This document shows, in pieces, positions 43,111 to 56,481 of a DNA stretch of 56,481 nucleotides (position 1 is its first letter; every line of letters starts with the position of its first letter). The position numbers were made by a program, and so were the translations under genes. Location: positions 1 to 56,481 of the forward strand of contig LVLI01000215.1 in NCBI GenBank assembly GCA_001687465.1, given 5' to 3'. The stretch comes from Halocafeteria seosinensis (taxonomy: Eukaryota). Below the pieces are notes generated by a model. That model saw only the letters and a list, made by a program, of their open reading frames with translations, searched no databases and was not told the DNA's origin.

Positions 43111-44408
43111 AGTTCTCTTTAGAATGGCTGAAATCAACTGTGCAAAGTTAGTGTGTATAATCTATGGCCTACCGGCTAAGTGGAAATGTAGTTGGGGGAT
43201 CTTCACGCCGTCGAAGATGTCCCCAGGGCCCTCTTGCATTGCCTCCACCTGTGGTCACCAACACTCGGACTCTTTGTGAGTATGAGGTTCTTCACACGTA
43301 TCCTTTCAGAGCGCCTTGGGCCTCGCTCCTCCGGAGTGAGCATTCGTCACCGGGCCTTGTTCTTCTGCGATTGCCTCGTCAGTTTCCCCCGTTCCTGGTG
43401 TTGTTGCTTCTGCTCTGCTCCTAAAGTCCTGCATGTGCTTCTCGAATCCTACAACTCCAAAGTCCAGCCGTGATCATCCGCCGCGTGCCAAGTGAAGTCT
43501 TCGCGTTATTTGTATGAAAAGTAGCGTAGAAGTCAATAATCCTAGTCTTTTTTTAATAAATGACTCGCGTGTTTTCTGTAAACGTTTGTGAGCGCATTTA
43601 TGTTTGTCTTCCCAGTAACTCAGGAAGCATACTCCCCAAGCTTAAGTGTGATAGCTCTGGAATAAGACGCCGAGGAACAGTCTGCTCTCTCCCTCTCGTG
43701 CGTTCTACTCCACTACGCTGATCTCTGCTTGGTGTTATGTGCATGGCGATCTAAAGTTAGCATCGGGTTCTCAGATATTCTAGAGCGTAGAGACCCTTGC
43801 AGTCGGTGGAGTAATGTAGAATGGTGCTACTGTGGTGATGGGGCCAACCGAACCGACGAAAATCGTTTTGCATCGCTACCTCTTTTGCTTTCAATGAAAC
43901 GCAAATAGAGCCATAGTATTTCGTTACGCTCCCTCGCTCGTTTTCTTCATATACCGGAACGACTGCAGTGTATCATATGTGATGGGGCGGCAGGCGGACG
44001 GTACTTTCCATGTTCTGCATTTCACAAATGAAATCATTACAGCACAGGGAGGTAATCTTCAGTAACGACCTTAAACATCAATAACAAACTGTCCCAACAT
44101 CCGCAGATTGGTGAAATGGCCGTCTTGTGTGGCCACCTAACTGGCGAGGGACCAACTCCGAGGCAGAACTGATGGACCAGGGAAATATTCATCCCTTTGT
44201 ACTCGCACATTCATAGCTTATACCGGGAAGCTGTCGGTGGAAAGCCACTGGGACAGTTTGTTCTCAGTTTAACGCGGTTCTTGCATAAATAGAAGCGGTG
44301 GTCGCGTTAAGCCTACGGTGATCGTCAGAAGAAAACGAAGAAACCCCTTATAAGCCTTATACACAAGACAAGAAAACAAGAGGATAAGCTTAAAGAGGAT
44401 AGCAAATA

Positions 44409-46540
44409 ATGAAGTTAGCAACAGTGATATCATGTCGTCCAGGGATTCGAGTTCAAGTGTTCGTCGTGGTGACTACTACTTTGATGTGTCCTGCTCGAAA
44501 GAAGGTAACCCCGGACTCGAACCCACTCGAGACTCTAGTCGAGAGCGAATTTAGTCTAACAGGCTAACAGAAGACGGCTATGCCGATGAGAAAAGCCATC
44601 CTGGTAACTAATGGAGAGGTGATAAAATACAGGTCAAGTATCCGATTGATGTTACCCGTATACATGTACATCCGGCTAGCGATCTTGATTCGAAGTACGT
44701 AATGGTGGCTATATTTCACGACAATCCCACTAGCAATATACTGGTTACAGTATTGGCAGACGACAATGTAGGAAGCGAAAAGAGTGGCATGAATGAGGCA
44801 TCAGTGTTGGGAGTTCATCCTGTACTGGTTGAGGGAGACGTTTGAGAACGGACGATGCGAACGCCAAGTGGGAAGAGGTCAACTCCATTGATATTCACGG
44901 TGTAAAACGAGATCACCTAATAAAGTCTTGGGGGCCTTTCGAACCCGGCGAGGCCTTCCAACTTGGAAGTGGTGGTCAGCAGCCGGGTGATCTGCTTGGT
45001 AATGAGCTTAGCAAGGAGCCCGGGCCACCCGATATTGGATTAAGCTACACAATCAGGGAAACTTGTGGTCCTGGCAAGGCTCCTGATCCAGAACTCAGTA
45101 CAGTAGACCTGTGTCAAAGGTGTACTGCGGGGAAATATTCGGGGGCTGGTGATTTCACGTGCAACTTGTGCAACGCTGGTACTATCCCGAATGCGGACCA
45201 TGATGACTGTGTTTCTTGCCCAAGTCACCAGTATTCAGAAGGAGCGGATTCGAATTGTATGACATGTGGACCCGGAGAGGGCTTAATGACGGTCGATCTG
45301 GTTGCAAGGAGTGCAAAGCCGAAGTTGTGGCAACAACGGTCACCAAAAACGACGCAAGGTGTCAATCTTGTGGTAGTGGCAAAATCCCAGCCGCGAACCA
45401 CGAGTACTATATAAGCTTTGGATCTGGGACGGTACCCGATAACGAAGTTGATGATGCAAAGACTGCAAAAGGCTATGAATATGCGCGTACAGATGGCAAC
45501 AAATGCACCGTGTGCGGACTTCAAAAGGTTCCAAATCCATAAAGAGATGGGTGCGTCCCATGTAAGGCCTATGAAGCATCTGGTAATCAAGCAGCGTCCT
45601 GTCAGGTTTGCGCGCGTGGCTCTGGTCCACATGAAGATCGAGGACGTTGCAAAGAATATGATGCAGGAGGAAAGTCGCTTCTGAAACTGACGTATTATGC
45701 CGATCATGCAAAACATACGAAGCAACAAATCGTAACAAGGAGAAATGCATAAGTTGGCCCTGCAAATATCTCTAATGCAACGAAACGAAGTGCAAACCAT
45801 GCGGGCACGACAAGGGAACGTAAACCACCGACCACGACTGTGAAGGTTGCGGTTCGGGGAAAGTACCTGACATGGTGAATGCATTTTGTATCTTGTGTCC
45901 CTGTTACGAGTTCGCTGATGTTAATGATACTGTATGCAGCCCGTGCAGCCTCGGCGAAATTCCAATTTCCAACCGGGATGGATGTGAGGGTTGTCGACGT
46001 CGCATAGTCGGGCACGATTCCTAATAAACAGTGACGGCCTTGTTGAGGGTCCCAGGTGGCAGGAAGGAAACATTTCACATGTCGTGCTTGTGGTGTTTGG
46101 GTAGTACCGAATAACGAAAAGGAAGAGTGTGTAAAGTGCCCTTCTCATCAGTTTGTGACATTTGCGTATTTTCCCAGGTCCGCAAACCTTACAGGTCGGA
46201 TCTTTGGACCCCGAAAATTCCTGTGCATCACAGTAGTAGCGTCCACCACCGTTTATCTTTGGAACCTTACCTGGTCCCAATACTTCTTGCAAACTCATGT
46301 TCACCGCACACGGAACAACCATCGGGCACTGTACCCGGTCCGCAACTTTCGTACACCAAACGCTACACAAAGCGGGTGCGCTCCGTGTGGTGACAATGAG
46401 TACACTGGGACAGGAGATAGGATGTACAAGTCATGTGGGAAGGGAGCAAAGCCCAGTGTCAATAAGGATGGCTGCACCACCATCCACGATCCATCCGTTG
46501 TACAGCTTTGTATGAGAAACGTTTATACTGGAAGCTAAAC
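44409..46540 (+). pseudogene. Degenerate Cys-rich repeat surface protein gene
   Basis: CGPGKAP, CQRCTAGKYS, CPSHQYS, CQSCGSGKIP and CAPCGDNEY fragments in shifting frames with stops; the start coordinate is approximate. Confidence 0.7.
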
Positions 46541-47329
46541 TCATAAAAAAATTGGATAGCAACTGTACGAGCATTGGCCTTGTATGTATCCATTCGTGCT
46601 ACACACGCAGGATAGATGTTTTTCGCTCCGTCAAACCAGAATATATGTCTGAGAGCGTTTGTACTTTTAACGGGGAACGGAAATTGTCCCCGCCACCTAT
46701 CCACAGCACCTGGACCGTCACAGCTTCGTCCAAGCAATAGTCGAAACAACCCGATTCCATCGCATCCATGTTGCTTGGTTGCGTAGTTGAAAGCGTTCAG
46801 CTTTGAAAGGGTAAAAAGATCCTATAACTGTGCGCGGATTGCAAGAGATCGGGGCATACGTCTCTAGTTATCCCTACGCAGTGGTGGACATGAGACGTTG
46901 CCGGCTGAGAGCTATATTCTAAAGCTCTACTGTCCCAAGGATACCGGCTGTGTCTGTGCGGATTCAAGGAATTCAGCAGGATTGGTGGCAGTAGTTACCG
47001 GATTAACCCACCCTAGCGTAGAACGCTACAAGGTGATAGTAGCATTCGTATTTGCAGCTACGTTGGGAGGTCGCTAACACCAGTACAATAGCGTCAAGTC
47101 TGTCATTCAATGGGTGTGACCACTGTCAGCGATTCAAAGTAGAATGCATTATAAGAAGCGGTACAAGTAGCTGCACAATAGTGCACCGTTAGGCTCTTAG
47201 CTATCGTAGTTGTAACAGGCAGACACATGCACGTAAGTGTTCTTTGGCCGTCGTCGATTCTTGGATACCCGCGGTTTTACATTTCATGAACTTGTCTTTT
47301 TTAAAAGCACAGTGATGTCAAAACGACAA

Positions 47330-49260
47330 TCAGCATACAGTTAGACCTGAAAGCTGGCCTAACACCATCTTACACTCTGTTTGTCCTTCTTCAGGCTCCA
47401 CTTTATAAGATGGACAGGCAACACAACGTTTAAAGCAGGCAAGGCTTTCAAATCGCGGGGGACAATCAACGCAACGAGCCTGACCTTCAGCCGGAGCAGC
47501 GCCTGCTCTGCACCGACGGCAGACTCCTTGAGAAATGTGCGACACTTCGTTGGATGCACACGGTGGTTGAATTTCTGCATCGCAACTATAGCATTCCGGG
47601 CTGGCCGTATGTTACCAGCACAAATAGTGTCTATGCGCTCTTCAGCTGATGTGCTTACTGACACTTGATATGGTGCACAACGTGTGCAATGACTTCGTCG
47701 ATTATTTGGTACTGATCCTCGACCGCACGCGTGATATACACTTTCGTTGTATCCCGATATTTTGTTCGGCGCACATGTAATGCAGCTACTTACTGCACCG
47801 TTTGGCTCAAGTCCGCCACGGCACGACATCCATCCCTTGGCTGTTTGCAGGCAATCTCTGCACCTATTAGCAGTTACAGACGAATACTGATAATTGAAAC
47901 GAGCACGGCAACTATCCCACTTTATTTTGGGAACTTTACCCGCACTGCAGTTGTGGCATTGGCCTTCCTCTACGGCGGAGTATTGGTGATTCGGACATGG
48001 GATACATCCACTCTTATCGCCATTGGGAATTTTTCCCGCTCCGCAATCATAGCATTGATAATCCTCAACTGGGGAATATTGGTGACTTAGGCATGGATTA
48101 GAAACGTCTTGGTTGCCATTCGGAGTTTCAACCGCAGCGCAAATGTGGCACTCACCATCCTCTACGGGCGAATATTGATGCCTCAAACAAAAGGTACAAC
48201 CATCCCTCCGGTGATTGGGAATTTTACCCGCACTGCAACTGTGGCACTTATGGCCCTGAACAGGAGAGTACTGATGCCTCAAATAAGAACTGCAACCATC
48301 TTGCTTGTCATTGGAAATCTCACCCGCATCGCAATCGTGGCATTGGCCATCCTCTACGGGTGAATATTGATGAATTGGACATGGGGTACATGCACTCTTA
48401 TCACCATTGGAAATTTTACCCGCTCCGCAATTATGGCATTGATGATCCTGTGCTAGGGAATATTGGTGACTTGGACATGGATTACAACTGTCTTGGTCAT
48501 CGCCCGCATCACAAAATTGCGAGCTATAGGAGGAACACGCCGATCGTATTTTCGCTTTTACGCACCCTTCGCACGTAATTACCATCCTGTCAATACTAAT
48601 TTTGACGTCAGCAATGTCCCCAGAACAGAAGGCTCCATACGCTTGGAATCCAAACCTTTGGCCGTTGTGTTGCTGATCATCCGTCGATGCTTCAATTTCC
48701 AGGTTGTCAAAACCCCCTGTAAACACTTTGACTTCGATTGTTGGGTCTTCGAAATACACCCTCATTTTGTATGTCCCCCTTCAAGTAGCACTCCCTCCTA
48801 AATACTTTCGTTTCCATTCCCTCGTGCCCTCAAATTTCATTATCCTGATCCCATGTTCGTCGGTAGCACGGTCGGGGTAGAACACGTGCTGGACTCTGTA
48901 GGTATAGTCTATATGGCTTCCTCCAAAGACAAGCCCAATATGAGGATCACACCAGCGACCTCGAAAAGCATGAACGGGATACACAGCCTCAATTATATCA
49001 CCTCGTTTAGGCTAGTAATTGAGCCTGTTAGTACAACCCCTTATCCCAGATGTGTCCACGTACAGTGAGTTGCTACCGGTATCAACCCATTTAGAGTCTA
49101 CACTGAAGGCACTTATATCTCCAGAATATTCATTAAGCTTCCCATATTTGAGTTATCTATCGTAGTTGTGTTCTTAGCCTCTGCTGCGGCAGCAATTATT
49201 GCTAAGAAGACAGCGAATACTCCAGAGGACGTGATCTTCGGTATAGTCGTTAACTGCCCC
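47330..49260 (-). pseudogene. Disrupted Cys-rich repeat surface protein gene with an N-terminal beta-rich domain
   Basis: 96-bp (32-aa) repeats CPxHQYSPVEDGQCHxCxAGKIPNGDKxxC in ORF 47359-48765. Signal-peptide-like GVFAVFLAIIAAAAEA near 49175-49225. Stops and frameshifts lie between the parts. Confidence 0.65.
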
Positions 49261-50726
49261 CGTATGAAGGAATTATGGAGAAGTACGGTGTACTCCCGAT
49301 GTAAGATTTTTTCTGTGTTTAAACTACCCTACCACTTTTTCTTACCCGTACCGTCGTACCTTTCCTTTGTACCGACGTTTCACTGTTAGAAGCAACAGAC
49401 TTCGTTCGTGGAATAGCGTGGAACAAGTTTTCGCCAGAGCACATCTCTCAGTCTGGCTAACGGGCCTACAACAAACGAACGCATAAGGCATGACAACATT
49501 CCATGACGTCATATTTAAGTCAATCCTATCACTTTCATTGGCTGTGCAGCTGCTGGTGTGTCATGGAATCTGCCGAGCCATTGAGGACTCCAGGAAGGGT
49601 ATTTTCGAGGGAGAAAGAAAACGTATGGTCAGGCAATTGTCCCCTTTACAAAGGCGGCGGACTGAAGGAAGGATTGCCAAAGGGAACAAAAACAAAGGGG
49701 GAATAATCTTTGTAATGGCAATCCAATGTAGTGCATGGCGAAAAGGGAGTATGTACATTGTCCTTTCTATGCGCTGGATCATATGGGTGCAGGCAAAATG
49801 CATCAACGTGGTCCCAAATACTACCTAGCAGTCGCTATGGCCCAGCACCAGCTGTTCGTGGATGATGACGTGCCTAGGGCACTTGCTAGGCTCCCAAATG
49901 AAAGCATTTTGGGGTACCCAGCGATCTAGACGACGTTGCACTGCATGGAAATCGGGTATTGTTATCAAGCAAATGATATACATTTTCGTCTCTATGTGCG
50001 CATTCGAGCTTGGTGAGTGTAGGTGTCGCAATGCAGCTGCCAAAGTCAGTACCCATCGCCCAACATCAACGTCTTGGATATTGGCACACATGAAATGGTG
50101 ACCAGACGTGAAACTGCACGTAGTTTGTTTAATTGGATGTGTTTTATAGACGTCCACATATTTGATGTATCACTTCAAAGCTGGGGCCCGGGGAACTAAG
50201 AGAAAATTTGGGGGAGCCAAAATTACAAAAAAGGAAGACCCGGGGAAATAAAGCGGACTTGGGGAACCACAAAAAGGCTCCCAGGGGCGACTGACGACCG
50301 TCCCAGTCACCAGGTTAGGACTGTTTCAAGTGGACTTAGTGGAGAGCCACAACAGCAGCAACAATTCGTTGCGTATTCCAAGCGGTTCAACAGGGGGTGT
50401 CTTGTCTCTGAAATCGTGCAAGCGAGAGAAAAAAGTGTCAGTCACCAAGCAGGTGCTTTATTTGTCTTAATTTTACGTGTCCGTGCCTTGCGGTTTTTGA
50501 ACCCTGGTAGCGCGTGGGTCTAAGCTCTGTTCCGTCGAACACTCCATGCAATGAAAATTTGATTTGTGTTGTCTTTTGTCTTGGGTACACGATTGAGGAA
50601 TGGAAATACAGTTACATCGGAGAGGTTGTATATAGACGAGAATTTTCTGTTGCGATTATTACGCCACCAAGTGCAACAGTTACCACAGCACCAGCACCCT
50701 GTAGCATGTGAATTTCACGCCTCTGT

Positions 50727-52418
50727 ATGCGATGCAGAATGTATCAGAGGATGGTTATCGGGCACGGAATCTTTATTTTATCGTGTGTGCTACCCATGGT
50801 GTCTGCCACATTGGAAGCAAAGGGATCATTCACTTGGACAGACGATCTCTGCGATGCGACGCGTGGTTCACATGACATCTCCGTGGATGAATTGCTTCAT
50901 CCACTGAAAAGGAACGCCGACGCTGCCATACACACGGTACAGGGACAAGGTGATGTAGGCCATACCCAAGATAAGTGGCTTGAACTGGAAGGTGTCGTCG
51001 CGAAAGGGAGGGAATGTCCTGCCAACCTCACTGGAGTCGACCGTCCCTTCAAGCTCATTGACGCTCACAATGCAGACGACTTCACGGGAACAGTGTATTT
51101 AAGAGAGGGTGCTACTCTACCGGCAAAGTCCTGTGATACATATGAAATCACAGTGGCAGCCTATGCCAACGCAAGTGTCTTTACAAGTTGCGACGAGGTG
51201 CCGTGGGGAGGCGGTTTGTGTTTAATAGATCCATGGGGCAATGGCAACCCACAAAGTGCGTTTTGGACCCAATGTAAAAATGGATTTACGGAGATCACGC
51301 AGCGCATCGCCAAGGATTTTCTCGGGGCGAAACTGACATCGGAAGGAGATGTCATTCAATCAGGCTTTCTCAATGATACCCGCCCTTACACGGTGGATGG
51401 TAATGGGGATCATTATGCCCACTACGACATCCCGATACCATTCGGATATACACAGTTTTATCTGGATGGTTTCCACATCCGCTCGACGTCGTATCGTTTT
51501 GACTGTTGTTGGTCAGAGATCAGTCATAACAGCGATAGAGTCTTTACACGATGGGATCGGACGGGAATTGATCCGGCTGATGGCGATTTTGCCTTCGGCT
51601 CGCCGGCAGAAGACGGTCCGGTCACAAGTTACGCCCGCTTTCAGTCTATAGAATCCCACAACGGTATTCACAGGTTCGACGGAAATGGGATTGTTTTCAA
51701 CGTGTCCTCTGAGTCAACAGTGTTTCGGCTTCATTGGGGGGAAGGCGGTGGGCAAGCCGAAGGATGGGCCTGGTGGAGCGGATCAATTTGGGTGAAGAAC
51801 ACCAATGTGCGAGTAATTTCAATACCGGTCAAAGCTGATACATGCACGTTTAAGCTCCGCGTAGATCCTTGTCCGGACCATACAATTTCAGATGGAACAG
51901 AGCTCCGTTGCAAATTTTGCCTGAATGGTACTGTTCCAAATGCGCCACGAAATGAGTGTGTTTCCTGTCAACCGTATCAGGTGGCTAACGAAACAGACAC
52001 AATGTGTAGAACCTGTTTCAAGGGGAAAATCCCAAACGCTGCACGGAATGTTTGCACGCCATGTGCACCCTATAAAGTGGCAAATTGGACAGACACCTCG
52101 TGTCAACCGTGTTTACACGGAAAAGTACCGTTTGACACGCAAGACTATTGCATCTCGTGCTTTATGCCTCGCGTAGCTAACCGTACAGACACAACTTGTC
52201 GTTTGTGTGGCGCTGGTATGGTGCCCGATTCTTCCCAAACGCACTGTGTAGTATGTCCCCCGGGTACATTCAGTCACCCTGGGTCCAAGGGCTGCTACTC
52301 ATGTGAGGCATTCGCGGTACAACCGTATTGGGGCCAGGGTGATTGTCAAGTCAAAGTAGTGGAAGCGCAATATCCGTCCCGAAGAGTACAAGTCAAGCGC
52401 AGGAAAACGCGTCGGTAG
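50727..52418 (+). CDS. Secreted Cys-rich repeat protein with a possible cadherin-like N-terminal module
   Basis: Signal-like IFILSCVLPMVSA; PFKL...TGTVYL...YEITVAAY (cadherin-like pattern); C-terminal CxxC repeats of the same family as the giant ORF. Confidence 0.7.
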   Translation: MRCRMYQRMVIGHGIFILSCVLPMVSATLEAKGSFTWTDDLCDATRGSHDISVDELLHPLKRNADAAIHTVQGQGDVGHTQDKWLELEGVVAKGRECPANLTGVDRPFKLIDAHNADDFTGTVYLREGATLPAKSCDTYEITVAAYANASVFTSCDEVPWGGGLCLIDPWGNGNPQSAFWTQCKNGFTEITQRIAKDFLGAKLTSEGDVIQSGFLNDTRPYTVDGNGDHYAHYDIPIPFGYTQFYLDGFHIRSTSYRFDCCWSEISHNSDRVFTRWDRTGIDPADGDFAFGSPAEDGPVTSYARFQSIESHNGIHRFDGNGIVFNVSSESTVFRLHWGEGGGQAEGWAWWSGSIWVKNTNVRVISIPVKADTCTFKLRVDPCPDHTISDGTELRCKFCLNGTVPNAPRNECVSCQPYQVANETDTMCRTCFKGKIPNAARNVCTPCAPYKVANWTDTSCQPCLHGKVPFDTQDYCISCFMPRVANRTDTTCRLCGAGMVPDSSQTHCVVCPPGTFSHPGSKGCYSCEAFAVQPYWGQGDCQVKVVEAQYPSRRVQVKRRKTRR

Positions 52419-53252
52419 CCGTTCTTGTGTTAGGAAAGGTCTTCAAAGCTACCAAAAAAATCCGTTTGTCTACGATCGATGCTGTTCACCGACGATACAG
52501 CTTGGTATTTGAAAAGCGATAACGAGTTTGAGCTTATTATCACGAAAGGGTCTTCATGGTCATCGGTAGGAAAAGCATCGTCTACCTTTGCATTCGCTTT
52601 CATCGGTCGCTGTTCTAGGAGACTCTCCTGCTTGTCTATCCCCAATGTTACGTAGATGCAAGGAAATGCACCGATACCGACTTAGGATTCGGATATCAAC
52701 TTGTGCATACTTCGATTCAGCGCTATTTTTGCTAAAATACCGAAACATCAACATGAAAAATCGTCGTTTTGGGATACAGAAACATATTAACGGAACACTA
52801 ACAAAACGCTATGAGCTAACCCTAACCTTCAGTACAAAATAAAGAAAAATGTGACCGGATACAGGAAAGTGAATTAAATAAGAAAAAAGTCCTGGAGTGT
52901 GTCCGACTAATAAACAGAAAATATTATGTACATATACGGAAACAAATGGAGAGATTGTATGGCGTCGTACAGCATGGTATTTCGGAAATCGTTGAGATGT
53001 TCAATGTACCATTCTTCGTTTCCTTTGAATGCGGTTATGGATGAAATCGGAGGATTGCTGGAACACACAAACCAAATGAAATCAGCAAAGCCAATAGACG
53101 ATTGGTGTCGGACATTTACTTGCATTGCAACGTTCATGGGAATACTGCAGAAGATTCTGTATTGAAATTCGTAGTCCCTACGCGTTTAAAAGATGTCATG
53201 GCGGAAAAAAGCTATTGGTTGCCTTCCAATGAAAAGCAAGGAACTCTCCCTT

Positions 53253-56048
53253 TCAAAATGTGAAAGGAGGAGAATCACGTCGTATATAGTCCATCGGATG
53301 CGTATTTGTTTCACCTCCGTGTAGACGACGACGCGAAGATTCGGTTACGGGAAAATACATGTCGGCAATGTCTGTTATAGATAAAGAAAAAAACATTTCT
53401 GCCCATCTGGTTCCATGATTCGGCAGAGTGGTTTGCATATTCTCTTGGGGGTAATGGTCCTGCCCCTCCGAATACGAAACATTTGAGTCATCTACAGGGG
53501 AGTCATGCAGTGACACCCTTTCCAGGTCGAAGATCGTCGAGTACGTTTCGGAAGACATTTGTGGCGTCGATGTTGCTGTTGATGTATCAATTGACGAAAA
53601 CGGGTATGGCATACTTGCCTCCTTCTGGTATTCATGACTATCGTAGGGAATATTGTCTGTTTTTGAAACGTATGCGTTCCCGGTTTCGTATATCCTTTCG
53701 ATAGAACTTTTCGCAGTATGAATTTTTCCCGACGGTGATCCTTTCTCCAATTCCGCAGCAGAATGGGAAAATAATGAAGTAGTTGCACCATGCGACATAG
53801 AAGAATACTCTGAAGTAGTTTGCTGCGATGAATGACGCCTTTTTGTGCCTCTTTTCTACTCTGTCGTTCACTTTGACGATTTTCCTCGTTTGGTGGACCA
53901 GTGCAAGAACTTAGAGATATGCTCGGCGCCGTACTGCATGCTGTCGACTCGCTTTTTTCCCTTCTGTGAGCGGAACGACGAGACCGAGACGGAACATCCA
54001 AACGCACTGACCGGAATTCTTTTTGGTTTTGGATGCACGCACTAAAGCATTCCACTGATGTAACAAATAATACAAATACGTGGCCCAAGTAGAATCTCCA
54101 TGGCGTTTGTTCTGCAAATTCGATTTTCGCGCAAAGTCTAAGGAAATCCGAGGGGAATCGGTAAAAGTACTTTCTGTTGATAAAGAGTAAGCAGACGTTT
54201 TGGCAACAAACGCATCGTAATCTTCAGACCCAATTTGCTCAACCAAACAATAGAGAGCTGCAAACGACGACGGCGGTGTAGTGTTTCCTTCTTTGTAATC
54301 TTGTTTATGTCCTCTTTCCAAATTTTTTCCGATAATTCGGTGGTTGTAATAAAACGAAATAAATCACCTCCTGAGAGTGTAAAAGTAGACGTGGGTCTAA
54401 TTTCGAATGGTTCCTCTTCCTCCTCCTCCGTCCGTCCGCTTTCTTCAGGCGAACAATCTATATTCTTCGTTGAGGTTGGTTGAGGCGGGCTAGCATTCAG
54501 TTGCTCGGTTGACATTAAGTGGTACACTATGGAATTGCTGTTGACCTCCGGTTTACACCCAATATTTTTCTCGTTTTCGGAATGGAATGAGTGTTTTATC
54601 TGTGGAACGCCCCAATGCGCACATAGAATTCAATAGGAACGTCTTCCGTTCTGCAACATCTGAAGCCAGTTCACGTAAAACTGTTTTCGGCAAGTCTGCG
54701 TGTCTTTCCGTAAACAACTGAAACATGCCTTCGATTTCTTTTTGAATCATCATATTCTCAAAGGTGCTTTTTCTTGGCGTCTGGTCTTCGTCTTCCGTTT
54801 TGTCGTCTGTCTTTTTTCTCGCATCTGGCAAAAGTACTGCGTTTGACTGTGTGGGAAGGATCTCCACATTCGTTGCTGTCTGTCTTTCGAATGCTTGTTT
54901 AAGAGCCAGGAGGTAAAATGTCACTATCTGCAAGCAGTAAAACGGACATCGGAAATTGTCTCAATACTAACGGCAAACAGAAAACTTCCAACGTACTTCG
55001 GATGTCTCCGATGACAGCAGTACTTGAACAGCAGCAGTTGCTGGTTTCTCCTGTTTTGTCACCATGAGCACCGCTTCTCCAATGGGGCACTTACCGTTAT
55101 AGTGTGCCTCCAGAAGGTTAACGTTATCCACCGGTGGGAGCCCTGGTCTCTTGTAAAAAAGCACGAAGCGACCGTCGTCTTCGTGCACGAACTTGTCCAG
55201 AAGCACTCGGTCGTGGTGCAACAGTCGCAACTGCGTCGTCTGCTTCCGTTTGTGATAGGTTACAAAATCATCTACGTCCAACGGATGCAGGGACAAGTCG
55301 GAGATATGTGCCGCATCCCTCATTGAGTCACGCTGATCCAAAGCTGAAAATTGCTCTGAAATCATGTCGGCCAACTGTGGTCTTTTGTACAATGTAATGT
55401 CCCTGGTTCAATTGACCGTGAAGAGCTGATGTAGTTAAGCGCAATTTGGTTGGCCTTTGGACGTCTCTGATATCCAGCTGATGGGTGTTTCTGGGGAAAT
55501 ACCTAACGTCAATCGTGTTGAACGATCGGATTACTGTAAGTCCCCCTTCTTGATGCCCTTAAAGAACGTTTGAAGAGCCATCCGTTCCCCTCCTCGTATT
55601 TTACATAAAGTTTGCCCTGGGAAATGCATGATGGTCTATCACAGTGCTCTTGTAGATAGCATCGGGTTTCTCCGCTCCAGTTGCCACCTCGGCGGACATA
55701 ACGTGAGCCACTGTAGATGAATACCCCGTCAATCCAGACGAGGTATTCGATCACTGCCGCCCCTCCCTCAAATTCCTTCATAACGGACTCCGGGTATTTC
55801 TCGTGAAAGCTCCAACAGGCCTCCACTTTTCCATTTCGCTGCGTCAAGACGTAGGAGCTGGTTTGCCCGTTGTGATGTGTTTTCGAATGGGTGTATAGGT
55901 CTTCGTTTGTGGTGCTGAAGTGCTCACACTCCGGACACTTTTGGGATCCGACCTTGCAGATGTTTGGATGCCGAAATATCTCATGTTTCCTCCGTCCGCT
56001 ATACGACCGAAACGTTGCAGAGCACTGTCTGTCTCTACAAGTGTACAT
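53253..56048 (-). pseudogene. Fragmented C2H2 zinc-finger gene, possibly a Mutator-like (MULE) transposase remnant
   Basis: Two C2H2 fingers (YTCRDRQCSATF...KHEIFRH; KCPECEHF...YTHSKTHH). LHHDRVLLDKFV...VLFYKRPG...VLMVTKQE resembles the segment preceding MULE catalytic domains. Several co-oriented broken ORFs; no DDE core or TIR recognised. Confidence 0.45.
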
Positions 56049-56481
56049 CTTGATAAATGATGAACAACAACTTTCAAATTCTTGTTCTAGTACGACACTG
56101 TAAGTGTAATGCCCACGGTTTCTTAGGTTGTATATTTTCTCACTGAATGTACAGTATGTGCTTCTCTATGGTCGCCATACAAGTGCAATACAATATACAA
56201 CCGGCAGATTCGACCGACTGGCATTCACTCCGGTCCCTCACCGGGTAGGACACTTATTAATTTGAATGTTCACACTTCCCGGGGCACAGAGTTGGCACTC
56301 TTTTAACGACACATATCACCATTCCATTCTACAATTACCACTACGGTACTCGGTTAACATCAGTTAGCCCAGCGACATCATATTTGGTCCCTCAGGTGCG
56401 CCGTGGTACTGTCGCCTCATTTCACTTCCGGCAACGCCTTTGCATATGCGCTTGTGAAATAACTACAGTATTGTAAAACCC

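Overview
Eukaryotic (protist-like) genomic DNA with compact genes and short GT-AG introns. Positions 1-29.7 kb hold a Golgi-type sulfotransferase, two tandem and unusually long ATE1 arginyltransferases flanking an FkbM methyltransferase, an SPX-SulP(SLC26)-STAS fusion transporter, an internally deleted hAT transposon, two tandem P450s with a non-canonical I-helix, NUDCD2, V-ATPase subunit F, RPL34 and a TPR gene with an inverted pseudogene paralog. At 29668-32530 a sharply AT-rich, intronless, gene-dense 2.86-kb island looks like one end of an endogenous virophage or Polinton-like virus. It carries an adenain-type protease, a basic protein with three KKGG motifs, giant-virus-like transcription signals and a 207-bp imperfect palindrome exactly at the left junction. 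Positions 32.5-52.4 kb are a cluster of Cys-rich repeat surface-protein genes: one ~3500-aa ORF with exact 816-bp and 480-bp higher-order periodicity plus decaying paralogs. The window ends with a degenerate C2H2/Mutator-like remnant. All calls come from reading motifs by eye; no database search was run.
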